DNA of 64,000 nucleotides. It comes from Strigamia acuminata. Taxonomy: Eukaryota. Below, piece by piece: positions 40,858 through 55,567 of the stretch. The stretch's first letter is position 1. The number at the start of each line of letters is the position of its first letter. The DNA lies in NCBI GenBank assembly GCA_949358305.1, contig OX442314.1, forward strand, positions 21,204,001 to 21,268,000. Direction: 5' to 3'. Below the pieces are notes generated by a model. The model made no database searches. It worked only from the letters and a program-made list of their open reading frames with translations, and had not been told where the DNA came from. Position numbers and translations under genes: made by a program.

Positions 40858-43556
40858 GAAATGCAAATTGTGGACATTATTATGCGTATATTAAGTCTTT
40901 CAAAGTGGACAGTGGTATTGTTTTAATGATAAAAGCGTAATGAAGGTATAATATTTGTTTTTAAATTTTTTGAATCTAAATTTATTAATTTTTTAAAATT
41001 TTGTTTGGAAGATTACTCATGAAGTCATGATGATATTCGGAAGACATACGGTGTAGTGGGCTTAGTCACGGATATTACTCTGCAAATGCGTATATGTTAA
41101 TGTATAAACAGATTAACAAACAGAAAAATGCTGGTTTGTGACGCTTTGTTTAGAATTTAATTTAATTTAATTTATATTTATATTCTTTTAGAGGCGATGT
41201 AGTACGTCAAGGATTTTCTAGATCACATAACCAAATTGGTTTCTTGTATGCAAGAACAAGAAGAGCTTGAACAACAGCAGAGAAAAATCGAGCGCAATAT
41301 GTGTAAAGTAAGACGAAACGAACGAATAGTTTATTTTTGTTTTATATTTAAAAATAATTTTTACTTTGACTTGTTTTTAATTAGATCAAATTATTTTGCC
41401 AACATCCGATACAAAATCGATTGGTCGATATGAGATTACGTGTGAACTGTGAATAAAAAAACTACGTTAGCCGAAGCCACTGCCACTGCACATACTAGTA
41501 AGGTCATGACTTTGGAAGAAGTTGTGTCGCTCGAGCGATGTCGTCTTGTCAAATACGACGAACTTCATGACTCGCTCGAATGTTCATTCGAAGACAGTGA
41601 TGAAGTTTCGATGGGCGAACTGCTCGGAGGAGCAAAGTCCAGCTACAAATTTGATCTTTTATTAGAAACACGGATACCTGATAAACCTTTCCAGGTTTAC
41701 TACAGTCCTGGCGGCACCACTGTAAAAGTGTTTCGCATACATTTGGACAAGGAGGAAATTGATGAATCCATAACTGCTCGATTTTGATTTGTTGATGTTT
41801 TTAAAGGCTCTTGGTTGTTCTTGCGACGCACCCGTTCGCGTGGTATTGATGAAGTACTCGAACGATATGTGATTGTTAGTGAATATGAACAAAACCTTGA
41901 AAAGTGAAGGTTTCTGTAGAAGTACCAAAGTGAGTTTGATCGATTGAGTGATTAAATGTAACGTAAAATTCTTTTGTATTTGTTTTTGTAGGTATTTGTC
42001 GAATATCCTCAACGGGTTTTGACGACTTGAAGTTGGTGTAAAGAAGGCGAAACATATTTAAAACGAGCGGGAGCTCGCACTTGGCGGACCGCCATGTTTA
42101 TTGAACATCGAAATCATGAGACAGCACACAGTTAGAGGCTTACTGCTTCTATTACACTATAAAAGAAAATATAGAACAAATCAATGTTCACAAAGCATTG
42201 ATTTGTCCTTCACAATAATAAAATAAAGCAGACGACAGTAAACGATAAACAAAATGTGTGCTCACACGTATTTGTATCCGTAGATCGATCATGGCGCATC
42301 AACGCACTATTAATCAGAGGCCATGATCGAAGAACAAGACATACATCAGAATGGTTTATAACACACACCTTCCATGTCTATCCAGAAGAACATGGGGAAA
42401 TAGTCAAATAATTGATCGTACCATAATACAGGGTGAACAAAAAGTCTGGTTCCCTACTAAATATTTTTGAAAGTGCTGACAATGCATCTAATTCAATGAT
42501 GGCAAAGTATTAAAGTTGGGTGGGGAAATCTTTTGGTGATCCGAAATTTGACCTTGGGATGTTCCTTCAAGGTCATTTGAAAATTATCTCGGAAACCGTT
42601 AGAGATAGACAAAAATTTCCAATTGTAAACTTGTAGACCATCATTTGTTTAGTCTAAAAATGACTAATTCTCAAATCTTTTGTTCTAAAACATTTTAAGA
42701 AAATCGCAATTTTCTAAAGTAGACACAACTCAAAGAAAAAATGCCCCAAATTAAAAAAAGGGTCAAAAACGTGCTGATTAGACGTAAAATGACCCAAAAA
42801 ATCAATTCCCCTAGTTGGAATTTGCATATCTGGCACCGTTGCAGAGATATGGGCAAAAAACTGAATTTTTGAAAAGAAATTTTAAGAAATTTTAAGAAAA
42901 TTGCAATTTTCTAAAGTAGACACAAGTTTTTCATTAAAGTGTACAGCACACACGACACAAAAAAGGGATTGGGATTGGGATTGGATATGGGAATATGGAA
43001 AATTGCAATTTTCTTAAAATTTCTTAAAATTTCTTTTTAAAAATTCAGTTTTTTGCCCATATCTCTGCAACGGTGCCAGATATGCAAATTCCAACTAGGG
43101 GAATTGATTTTTTGGGTCATTTTACGTCTAATCAGCACGTTTTTGACCCTTTTTTTAATTTGGGGCATTTTTTTCTTTGAGTTGTGTCTACTTTAGAAAA
43201 TTGCGATTTTCTTAAAATTTTTTAGTACAAAAGATTTGAGAATTAGTCATTTTTAGACTAAACAAATGATGGTCTACAAGTTTACAATTGGAAATTTTTG
43301 TCTATCTCTAACGGTTTCCGAGATAATTTTCAAATGACCTTGAAGGAACATCCCAAGGTCAAATTTCGGATCACCAAAAGATTTCCCCACCCAACTTTAA
43401 TACTTTGCCATCATTGAATTAGATGCATTGTCAGCACTTTCAAAAATATTTAGTAGGGAACTAGACTTTTTGTTCACCCTGTATATCCTTCGACCGAAGA
43501 TGCACAAGTTCCGTTCGAACAGTCACGCTTGTGCCAAATTTTAAACCGATTCGAAC
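40858..43556 (+). pseudogene. Inverted partial duplicate of USP47 with introns, split by the 42010-43482 insertion
   Basis: 40858-42009 and 43483-43556 match ~48960-47683 in reverse ([30 protein letters not shown]), with frameshifts, a TAG and an internal deletion. Confidence 0.9.
42429..43481. mobile_element. Tc1/mariner-type MITE with ~480-bp near-identical TIRs
   Basis: TA|CAGGGTGAACAAAAAGTC...GACTTTTTGTTCACCCTG|TA; short spacer containing (GGGATT)n. Confidence 0.92.
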
Positions 43557-44364
43557 ACCTGTTCTCTTACGCCGTTGGCTTCACTGCAGCACACCCGTTA
43601 AGAAACGGTTGTGCTGCAGTGAAGCACCGGGTAAATGCGCATGCGCACTAGCAGTCCCCCAGCGCGCATTTTTCAAATTGTTTTTTCAATTAGCAAATTA
43701 AATCTTCTCAAATATTGATTTTTATGATAGTTATACAATTATTCGCTTTCAAAATACATCTTGATCATGTCCAAAATTAATTATAAGGTATTTTAGTCAC
43801 CTATTCGGCCGCGACAGTCGACGTTATCCGGACGCAACAGTTTGAGCAATAATTATTTTTTTTAGTATTTATTTTCTTTTATACATTATAACACAAACTG
43901 AAATATAAAAACAGAAAAAAAAATAAAATAAAATTGGAAAAATCTTGAAAACTAATGTAAATTATCAAAAACTATTGACAGCTGACTCCGAAAATAAACA
44001 ATGGCAGATCATCAGTCGTACCGTCGTACTTAGAAATCAGGCTACTAATCAAGTAAGACTGAAATTGAAGGGTTTGATTAATTGGGTCTTGTTAATTTTG
44101 ACGCCTTTATTAGACATCGATAAAGAAACAACGAAGTCAGCAAATAGCCGAGGAGAAGAAACAGCTTTTGAAACGTGAACAAGAAATTGCGGTTCAGTTG
44201 AGACTTTTGCAGAAACGGAATAACTTGCCAACGAAAGTTATTTCTTCCGCTACTGCAGTGCCAATCACGAATGAAACGGACAACGATGTTACTGTGCAAA
44301 ATAACGCTTCTACTCCACACAATCGAAGCCCAATAACATTTCTAAACGGATCGGGATCGTAGAA

Positions 44365-45162
44365 AAGCCGAAACGATGAAGGCCGAAGCGGAGGTGCAAG
44401 AACACGAAAAAGAGCAGGAAAAAATGGAGGAAAACGAAATGGAACAAGAACTTGCTCCAGAAACGGAGGAAGAGCTACCGAGACTTCTGGAGACTGGAAA
44501 AGGGTTCTAAAGAAGAAACTGATTTGGCGTCAAGACATCAAAGGACTAATTTCGAAACGAGAGTTAATAGATTTATAGGAAATGTTGAGTCGACAAATGT
44601 TGCTTCATCACCACTGCTTTCAGGCGGAACTTCAAAAGAAGATAAAATAAGGTGACTGAACCCCCATGTGTGCGGCGTCATCTTCATTTAAATATGGCGC
44701 TCTAAATGCAACCTAATTTAATTTAATTACGTTATCAGATGGATCCTAATGCTCGCATTTGGTCTTCTTGTGTTTGCATTAAGATAATCCGATCAACCGA
44801 ACTCGCCATTTGTAACCAATTCCTCGGCCAATTAGAGAAGGTTTGCAGTTATTTTTATATTTATATATATAAATTTCTTTTAAATAGTAATTTAAAAAAA
44901 TAAATCTATATTGTTTACATATATAACTGTATAATTTATTAAAATAAAACGAAAACAAAACAGTGGTATTGTTTATTCTTTTAAGAATAAGGAAAAAATT
45001 TGGACGTATTTATAGAAAAAAAAAGGAATATACATAATTTTTCAAAGAACAACCCATGTGATTTTTTTTCTTTCTATTCAACACTAAAATGAAGAGAAAA
45101 AAAAATAATCCGCAAAAAATATATTAACAATATTTGTAATTATTATGAATTCATTTTTAAAG
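44365..45162 (+). pseudogene. Direct duplicate of the 3' end of the orphan GPI-like gene
   Basis: Matches ~38645-39467, with a ~20-nt frameshifting deletion near 44490 and a 6-nt deletion in the last exon. Confidence 0.88.
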
Positions 45163-45389
45163 TGTTTTGATTTATTAACAAAAAAATAATAATAATAATA
45201 ATTATAATATATTACGCTAAACAAAAATTTAAAGTGTTTAACGCCATCGTGTATTGTTTCTGATAAGTAGCCGCTGTAACTGCTGATAGGCACTGGCAAG
45301 TTTTAACCGCAGCAGAAAAATGCAGCAAAATTTAAAAAAAAAAATGGCCCAAAACACTCCTGTTAGGCCCCCCCAAAAACAATCCAAAT

Positions 45390-48300
45390 TCAATCGACAT
45401 CCGGTTCTGTTGATGACACCGCAGTCGTCGTTGGAACAGCATCGGTGTAAATTTTCAGCGCACGTTCTTTACGAGGCGAGTAACTATTACTGCAAATGTT
45501 ATGGAACCTTAATTTAAAAAATAAAAATCAATCAATATAAATTAATTAATTAATTTCTATCAATATCCATTACTTTGCTTGTTCTTTATTCGTTATTTCT
45601 CTTCTTTCGTCTTCGCTTAATTGTTTCAATTGCTCTCGGTTATCCCTACAAGTAATTGACAAATTAATACAAAAAAAGCGATTAAACTAAACCAATTTAC
45701 TTGTAATAAATTACGTGGCCGTCGTCACATATGTATAAAGGCGTAGAGTTGAGTGAGGAGACTTGCGGATTCCAATCCAGATCTTTATGAATTGTAAGAA
45801 GAGATGTGTCGCATGGAAAACTGCCTTGTCCCTGTAAATCATTTGTTTTATTAACATTTAAGAGATTAAAACTTGTCAAAAATTAATTTTTCACCTTCGC
45901 GAAATCAATAAACTCCGTCGGAATAGAAGAGAGTTGAGAAATCTGATTCGAGATTAATTAATTACTTTTTAATAACACATTCAAAATGACACATCAAACC
46001 TTTCCCTTCATTTCATCCACGGACGAAGTGTCCAATATGATTTCCTCAAACGGATCGACTTGAAACGTCGACGGTCTCCACCTACGCAAAAATACTGCCA
46101 TTTGAGTGGGCTGCGTTAGCGGGTCCGGTCCTTTAATCAAATAATTTACAAATGTAAATCCTTAATTCAATTGCCTTAACCTTAATTCATGTATAAATAC
46201 CTGGCAACACTTCAACAAATGCCTCCCAATTGGCAAACATTGGGATATCCTCGTCAAACTTCCGGTAATCGAGCAAAATAGGACCGGGTGTACGCCATGT
46301 TTTTTTCCTAAGTCTGAAGTGATTTAATGGGAAAGTAAGTCCACACTTGGCCGAAATCTCTGATAACAGTTCTTTTTTAGCATCTAAAACCGTCATTCCT
46401 TGACTAATGATCCAATCAAGTAAGAATTTTGCTGGCTAGATATTCCAAACAAACAGAAATCATTTTATAACGTTTTAAAAAAATAAATAAAATAATTTTT
46501 TTTTTTACTTCTGCATTGTTTAGTTGTAGTTGGTATATTTTTACGTTATATTCACCTTTCCGTAACACTCGGCCTAACCGAACAAACACCTAAATTAAAA
46601 AATCGAACATTAAATTCTCAAATGACAAAAATTCGTTTAATTTATTTTTACCTTGGTGTTGTCACCGAAAGCTGCCAAATTCTCGTTGAGTCGCGAGCAT
46701 TCGAATTCACGATTGTAAGCGTACAAGCGATAAATTTTAAAATAATTTGTAGCGACACAAACGTACGGTTCTAGGTATTTCTTGAAGGCGCCAAGGGTGA
46801 TTCTTTTATCAACCAAAACCCTCAACACTTGACAAACAAATAAAATAAAATAAAATAAACACCAGCAACGAAATAAACCTCTTATTAATAAATATTACTT
46901 CGATCGTCAGGATCGTAATAAGGATAAGCGCGAAAATAGAATTTCTCGTGGCTTTCTTCGCCCCCACAATTCTCATCCCAATATTCTTGATTCTCCTAGT
47001 AGAATAAAAAAAAAAACATTAACAACCATTTTTCTACATTTTAAGCATTAAAAAACCCACTGGTTCGTCCGGTTTCACTTCAATCGTTTCCTAATTTAAA
47101 AAAAAGGAAAAAAGAAATCAAAAAAAAAAAAAATCAATAAGCTTAAATTCCCCGAAAATCCAACTAAAATATCTCACTTTGAAGGAGGAAGAACTGTACT
47201 TAAACCGACAATCACTGAAATTACTGGTTTCCCTTACATCACTACAGCTTTCGTTCCACTTCATCACAACATCGCGAGATTGTGACGAGCTCCATTCGAC
47301 AATCGTCCGATCGCTGTCGGTCAAACTAGAATCCTCCGATTGATCGCTTACGCCTTCGCTCGTACCGTTTCCGTGCGCCCCGCCTCCATTATCGCATTCA
47401 CTGTCTCCAATTCCCTCATCGTCCCCGTCAAAATTTTGAGGCGATCCGCTGTTGTTGTCCCCTGGCGGCGTATAAGCTTGCCCGTCTGCAGAACCATCAA
47501 CAAAATTCCCTTCGTCATTGGCCGCTACTTCATCATTTGCGAGGGGTATTCCTAATTTTTCCAAAATTTCTAAATTAAAAATAAAAAATTAAAATTAATT
47601 TTATTAATCAACATTAAAATAATGTGTTGTGAAGTATAAAACCGTTAGAGACGGCCGGTAAAACCACAGACAGTGTGATTGTATGTTCGAATCGGTCTAA
47701 AATTTGGCACAAACGTGACTGTTCGAACGGAACTTGTGCATCTTCGGTCGAAGGATATTCGACAAATACCTAGAAAAACAAATACAAAACAATTTTACGT
47801 TACATTTAATCACTCAATCGATCAAACTCACTTTGGTACTTCTATAGAAACCTTCACTTTTCAAGGTTTTGTTCATATTCACTAACAATCTCATATCGTT
47901 CGAGTACTTCATTAATACCATGCGAACGGGTGCATCGCAAGAACAACCAAGAGCCTTTAAAAACATCAACAAATCAAAATCGAGCAGTTAAAATCAATTT
48001 TAATGGCTCACCTCTAAAACTTGGTTCTGAAACACCTCCACACTGTCCATCAAACACCCTCGGACAGTTATGGGTTCATCAATTTCCTCCTTGTCCAAAT
48101 GTATGCGAAACACTTTTACAGTGGTGCCGCCAGGACTGTACACCTGGAAGGGTTTATCGGGTGGCCGTATTTCTAATAAAAGATCAAATTTGTAGTTGGA
48201 CTTTGCTCCTCCGAGCAGTTCGCCCATCGAAACTTCATCACTGTCTTCGAATGAACATTCGAGCGAGTCGTGAAGTTCGTCGTATTTGACAAGACGACAT

Positions 48301-51300
48301 CGCTCGAGCGATACAACTTCGTCCAAAGCCATGATCTTATGTGCAGTGGCAGTGGCTTCGGCTAACGTAGTTTCTTTATTCACACGTAATCTCATATCGA
48401 CCAATCGATTTTGTATCGGATGTTGGCAAAATAATTTGATCTAATAAAAATTAAATTTAAACATTAAACAAAAATAAACTTTTCGTTCGTTCCGTCTTAC
48501 TTTACACATATTGCGCTCGATTTCTCTCTGCTGTTGTTCAAGCTCTTCTTGTTCTTGCATACAAGAAACCAATTTGGTAATGTGATCTGGAAAATCCTCG
48601 ACACACATCGCCTCTAAAAGAATATAAATATAAATATAAACTAAATTAAATTCTAAACAAAGCATCACAAACCAGCATTTTTCTCCTTGTCAATCTGTCT
48701 ATACATTAACATATACGCATTTGTAGAACAAGAATAAGTGCCCGAGTAATATCCGCGACTGGGCCCACCACCGTATGTCTTCCGAATATCATCATGAGTA
48801 ATCTTCATTCCAAAAGAAATTTAAAAAAATAAATAAATTTATGTTTAAAAAATGTAACAACAAATGTTATACCTTCATTACGCTTTGATCATTAAAACAA
48901 TACCACTGTCCATCTTTGAAAGACTTTATATACGCATAATAATGTCCACCATTTGCACTTCCAGAATGCACCATAATTGAAAACAATTCATATACATAAG
49001 GTCCTTTGGTAGAAGCAGAATGGCGCAAATTTTTTTCATTGGCAGAAACCTCTTGATTATTCTGCGTACTTCCGCTGCTGCAACCCAAATCGATGCCCTC
49101 GTCGTCGTCTTGGACCGTGTCGGACATCGTCATAGTTACGCTCGATTCTGACGTGCCAGAATTCACCGGTGGACCCAGATCTTCGTCTAAAGCCGACCCA
49201 CTATCGGTGGTGCTTGCGTCGTCATTCGCTTCAGTTTCGCAATCGTTCACTACGAAACTGTTTAAGTTGAGCACTTCAGGAAAAGTAACTCTAAAAAAAA
49301 AAACATAGAAACATAAAATAAATAACAAAACAAATCAAATAAAACTCACTTATCGTTTAATTTAATTCTGTGCATTGTGTTGTAATCGAAATCAAATCTT
49401 TTTAATTGTAACGTCAACAAATACGGAAAAGTAATAAATTTCAATCCCTGAAAAACATAAAATAAAATTACACAAAACTACTTCCATCAACAAGACAACG
49501 GGAGTTAATACTTTATGAGCGTTGCATTTTTTATTGCATTTTTCACATAAATATTGATTAGTATCCTCCAGAACCTCCGGCTGTACAAAAGCTCGCAGTG
49601 CTTCTTCAACACTATTATAGGTCTCAGTTTGACCAAATGGTCGTACAGGTAAAGGTATGTCAAGATATGTATCTTCACGAGCACTTTCATACCCACACTG
49701 TAATGAAAAATACAATTTTCCTTTAAAAAATAAGACAAATATTAATAAATAAAAATGACATACTTCTAAACACTTGACATAATCCTTTAATTTTCCCTGA
49801 TAAAGGTGATTGATCAAATGTGCTTGCCCCGTGTTATGAAACTTGTGTTCCAGAGCATCAAACATGACGCGACACAACTCTTGAACGTCATGTTGTTGCC
49901 AAGCTTCGCTACTATCCCAACCAAAACTACGTGTCAGTTCTGTCGTTTCTATTGCGTGCCGTTTACTGATCTAAAAACAAATTAAATTTATTTAGTTTTT
50001 TTTTTAAATTTAATTTACTTAACCAATTTACTTGTAACTGTAGAAATAATTTTTGAAGTTGAAAAGGAATACTCTTTTCCTCCTCTTCCTTTTTCCCATC
50101 GAATTCCCACCTGTACAGCGCATTACGAAACTCGGGTGTCATAAAGAGTGTTTGAAGTAAACTGTTAAGATAACAGGTCATGGCTTGATTGACAAGACCG
50201 ACGTAACCTATGTCATGTTTAATTAACGAGTTTGTATTAAAACTGCATTTATTGCAGTAATAATCAGTTTCAGAGTACGCAGATGCGGACGGCTCGGATT
50301 TTAACGCTTCGCCGTCACCTGCGCCGGCTGCAGCACCAACATGCAACTCATTTAAATTCGGATTTGTATCTTCCACAGGCATCTAAAAACAAAAAAATTT
50401 TAAAATAATTTTATTTCATTTTTATCCACTTTTTAAATTACTTGGGTTCTGTGATACTGCACTTCGTCTTTACAAATTAATATTAAATTATTTCTATTAT
50501 GGGCTTCGTGATCAAACCCCATTTCAGCTAAAGTTTCAGTTGTTTTCGCGCTTACATCAACCTAATTAAACAAATTAACCATTAATTCATCAGCCTCAAC
50601 AGATGTTTTATGGCAAACAATTTACTGATTCATTATGAATTTGTAAAACCAAATCAAATGAGTCGACTTTGTACGAGAAAGATTCAGCAACGAGGGACAT
50701 CAACTGTTGAGCCGTGCTCGAAATCGGCATTACCAACGTCACTTTAGTCGTCTGCGACATCTGAAACACGGTGATCTTTAAAAAAAATTGAATATAAAAA
50801 TAAAAACTCACTTTTTTCCTCCCATCACAACTCACATTAGCTCCTAAAGCAGTCATGTCCCGGATGATGCAATTTGCTTTTGGTTCATCTTTCGCGCACA
50901 TGGTTCCCTAGATGCAAAAAAAATACGACTGTAAGAAAAATCTCTTAAATCCCACCACAGGTCGCAACTAGGAATGATTAACCTGCCGACAATTTCTATA
51001 AATACAACTAATTCGTTATATAAGCAGGTCGTGTTCGGCTAAAAATAAACTGGTGTAAGGACCTGGTTTGGGTGTGATTATCAAGTCAGGAATCTTTGAC
51101 TAAAGTGTTTAGATGTTGGAATCAATTAAAAATTAAGTGTTAGTTACGTGTTAAATAGCTGCCTAGGTGTCTCCGACATTTTTAATATAGAAATTTTCAT
51201 GTTTTATTTATTTTTTTAAATGTTTTTTCAGGTTTAATAGACAAAATTATTGGTTTCTTTTTTTTGTTGCTTTTTTTTTGTGTTCAATGACTTCCGAGTT

Positions 51301-51673
51301 TAAAAATACATCGTGGAAAACAAGCTCTTTCTTCTATTCCCTGAATGTTTCCCCAAAAAATACTTCATTTTCTATATTTATTACACGTATCTAATCGCAT
51401 TCCTACACCCACATGCCGAAAGTTTTAAAGGACTAAACTGTAGAAAATTCAACTTCAGATTAAAAATTCGTTTTCGCGTTATGGAAAGCACGTGAAACGA
51501 TGTTGGTCAATAATTGCCTTGAATTCAATATTTATGTTCTCACCTTGTTACATCGTATCTGATTCTAAATCTGAATTATTAAAATTTTGTTGACGGTATT
51601 TCTTTTTTTTGTTTTAAGGAAATAAACCATTTACCTCTATTGGTACCACTTGGGTGTTATCCCCTGGTACCAT
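45390..51673 (-). CDS. USP47: Ubiquitin carboxyl-terminal hydrolase 47, multi-exon
   Basis: First exon [13 protein letters not shown] (51673-51635); Cys box [23 protein letters not shown]; His box [16 protein letters not shown]-term [12 protein letters not shown]; stop at 45390. Confidence 0.95.
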
Positions 51674-52236
51674 TTTAAAGATGTGATGTAAAGTGGAGAT
51701 CAAAATTTGGATAGTTTAAACTTATATGTCAATTTCTTTCCTCAAAATGTTTTGATGCCTGCAAAATGGAAGATGGCGGAATGAAGCAAGGCAAGGATAA
51801 TTTACGTCATTTACTGTTATTGGATGATATTAATTGGCGCTTAAAGAACGTTATGGCATTGATAAATTCATAAAAACTATTTTTGAATTTTATTTGAATT
51901 ATTCATTAGTTTTAGAAAAAAAAATTAAGTTCGTGAGTGTTTTTGTAAATACAGTCCGGTTTTGAGTCATTCTACGTTTCGGTTTCAATAACGGGCAGAA
52001 ATATTTTCCTTGGGATTTTTAAAATAATCTGTCAGAATAATATTTTACATAATTTTTATTTTAAATAAAATTAATAAATATTTTATTGTTAATTTCATAA
52101 TAGTTCAAAACAATATATATTAAATTTAAATACAGCATTTATAGCATCTGCGGAATTACAGTAAACTTCATTTCCTTCCGCTTTCCTTAACTTCCGGTTA
52201 GTAGCAAAACGTGGTGGTTGAAGCCGAATCGTTATC
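51674..52236. promoter_or_regulatory. Compact bidirectional promoter region between USP47 and RpL10A copy 1
   Basis: Head-to-head ATGs 564 bp apart; YY1-like AAGATGGCGG (~51770); pyrimidine-rich TOP/TCT-like tract and CTTCCGG (ETS-like) at ~52170-52197. Confidence 0.6.
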
Positions 52237-53630
52237 ATGAGGTAATAATAGTTTTCATCTTGTTCAATCCGCTATTATTGTTAACTTGATCATCTTTTAT
52301 TGTTGCTGTTTAAATACATAAAATCTAACTACACGGTTACTAGCTTTTATTTTAAAATTCTAATGAACATTTTTTAAACATTTTAGCTCCAAAGTAAGCA
52401 GGGACACGTTGAACGAATGCGTCGATGCGTTGCTCAAGTATTCCAAAAAACACAAGAGGAAGTTTGTGGAAACCGCTGAGTTGCAAATCGTACTCAAAAA
52501 CTACGATACACAAAAGGACAAACGTTTCTCCGGCACCGTAAAGTATGAAAAAAACCTAACCACCTAAAAATTGATGAATTTTCTGTTCGAATGATCAAAG
52601 AAGAAAGATTGCCACACGAAAGTTATTTCTTTCATTTAAAACTCACAAATTCGATGAAAATTCATCAATTTTTGGTGATATTAGGTAGCTAAGATTCCTT
52701 CGTCTTAGCGGACCCGCACCCAGGGTCTTAAAACTGAGGGTAGGTGTCATTTTTTAAATGTCACCGACTTAGTTTAATGATTTCTACCTTCATACAAAGA
52801 GAGGTTTGTATTCGTAGTAATCACGTTACTTTTTTTGGTTGTTTTCGAATATATTATACGTTGTTTTTTTTAATATTTTTAGGCTGAAGCATATTCCCCG
52901 TCCCAAGTTTAAAGTTTGTATGTTGGGGGATCAAGAACATTGTGACGAAGCAAAAGCTAACGATGTTCCATTCATGGATTCAGAGGCCTTGAGAAAATTG
53001 AATAAAAATAAGAAGTTGGTGAAGAAATTAGGTAAAGTATTTAGTTATTCATTTATTTTTTAAAAAAAAAATAGTATTAAAAACCACATGATGTTATTTA
53101 TGCATGTATTATCTGATATTATTGGCGAGAATCTAAAAACTGACAATTTTCTATTTTATAAATTTTAAAAATTGTATAATTACTTGAAAATTAACAATTT
53201 ATTTTTTTATTTTTTAATTAGCTAAGAAATACGATGCATTCTTGGCTTCTGAATCGCTGATCAAGCAAATTCCACGTCTGTTGGGACCTGGGTTGAACAA
53301 GGCTGGTAAATTTCCCGGTCTTCTTTCGCATAACGAGAGCATGGTAGCCAAGATTGATGACGTTAAGGCGACTATTAAGTTTCAGATGAAAAAGGTAAAA
53401 CTCTAAATAATGAATGAATGAATGATTTGTAGAAATTAATATTTCTGTTTTTTAATTAGGTTTTGTGTTTGGCTGTTGCTGTGGGTCACGTCAAGATGAC
53501 TCAAGAAGAACTTGTGCAAAATATTTCGTTGGCTATTAATTTTATGGTTTCTTTGTTGAAAAAGAATTGGCAAAATGTGCGTTCTTTGACCATTAAGAGC
53601 ACCATGGGAGAGCCACAGAAATTGTACTAA
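52237..53630 (+). CDS. RpL10A: 60S ribosomal protein L10a (uL1), copy 1; exons 52237-52241, 52387-52542, 52883-53031, 53222-53394, 53460-53630
   Basis: MSSKVSRD...[18 protein letters not shown]...[18 protein letters not shown]...[12 protein letters not shown]; frame intact. Confidence 0.95.
52554..52765 (+). promoter_or_regulatory. Structured intron-2 element with an alternative 5' splice site (L10ARE-like), copy 1
   Basis: Four hairpins; distal donor GAGG|GTAGGT at 52740; the retained segment has an in-frame stop; a 54-nt core is identical to copy 2. Confidence 0.7.
53085..53146 (+). ncRNA. Intronic box C/D snoRNA, SNORD45-like (18S rRNA guide)
   Basis: Box C ATGATGT (53088); guide GCATGTATTA then T and D' CTGA (53113); box D CTGA (53140), 78 nt from the 3' splice site. 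The guide pairs with the conserved 18S sequence UAAUACAUGC. Confidence 0.7.
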
Positions 53631-54224
53631 ACCTGGTCTTAATTATTGAATAAATATCATTGACCTTAAAAAGAAAAGGCTGTTTTATTTACTACTACTG
53701 AGTTTATTGGGGCAAAAATTACTTTATTCTATATTCTACACAGAAAAAATTTAATATTTAGAGAGAAAATTTGAATATTTGTGGCAACATGCGGTGAGTA
53801 ATTTTTTTTTTAATTTTACTTTTACCACATTTATAGTTTTATCGAATAGTTTTCTAAGAAAAATTGTTATTTTTAGAATTAACTTTTGGATTTACATGCC
53901 GCATTGTAAACATAGAATCAAGATGGCGGTCAGGAGGCGGAGCTAACTGACTAACTGTCAGCTTAGCTCCGCTCTTATTGTTACGCCAAATGTAAATTTA
54001 GCAGACAGAATTTTGAGAAAATAAAAATTAAGAATAGTAGTTTAGATAATTTTAAATATTTCAAATAAAATTTATGTATACTTTATCGTTAATTTCATAA
54101 TTGTTTAAAATAGTGTTTGCTGTATTTAAGATTTCTGGCATCTGCGATATGCTTTTATTCCTTCCCGATATCCTTCACTTCCGGTTGGTTGCAAAACGTG
54201 CAGGCTTAAAACCTAGCAGTCACC

Positions 54225-55567
<1,343 letters not shown>

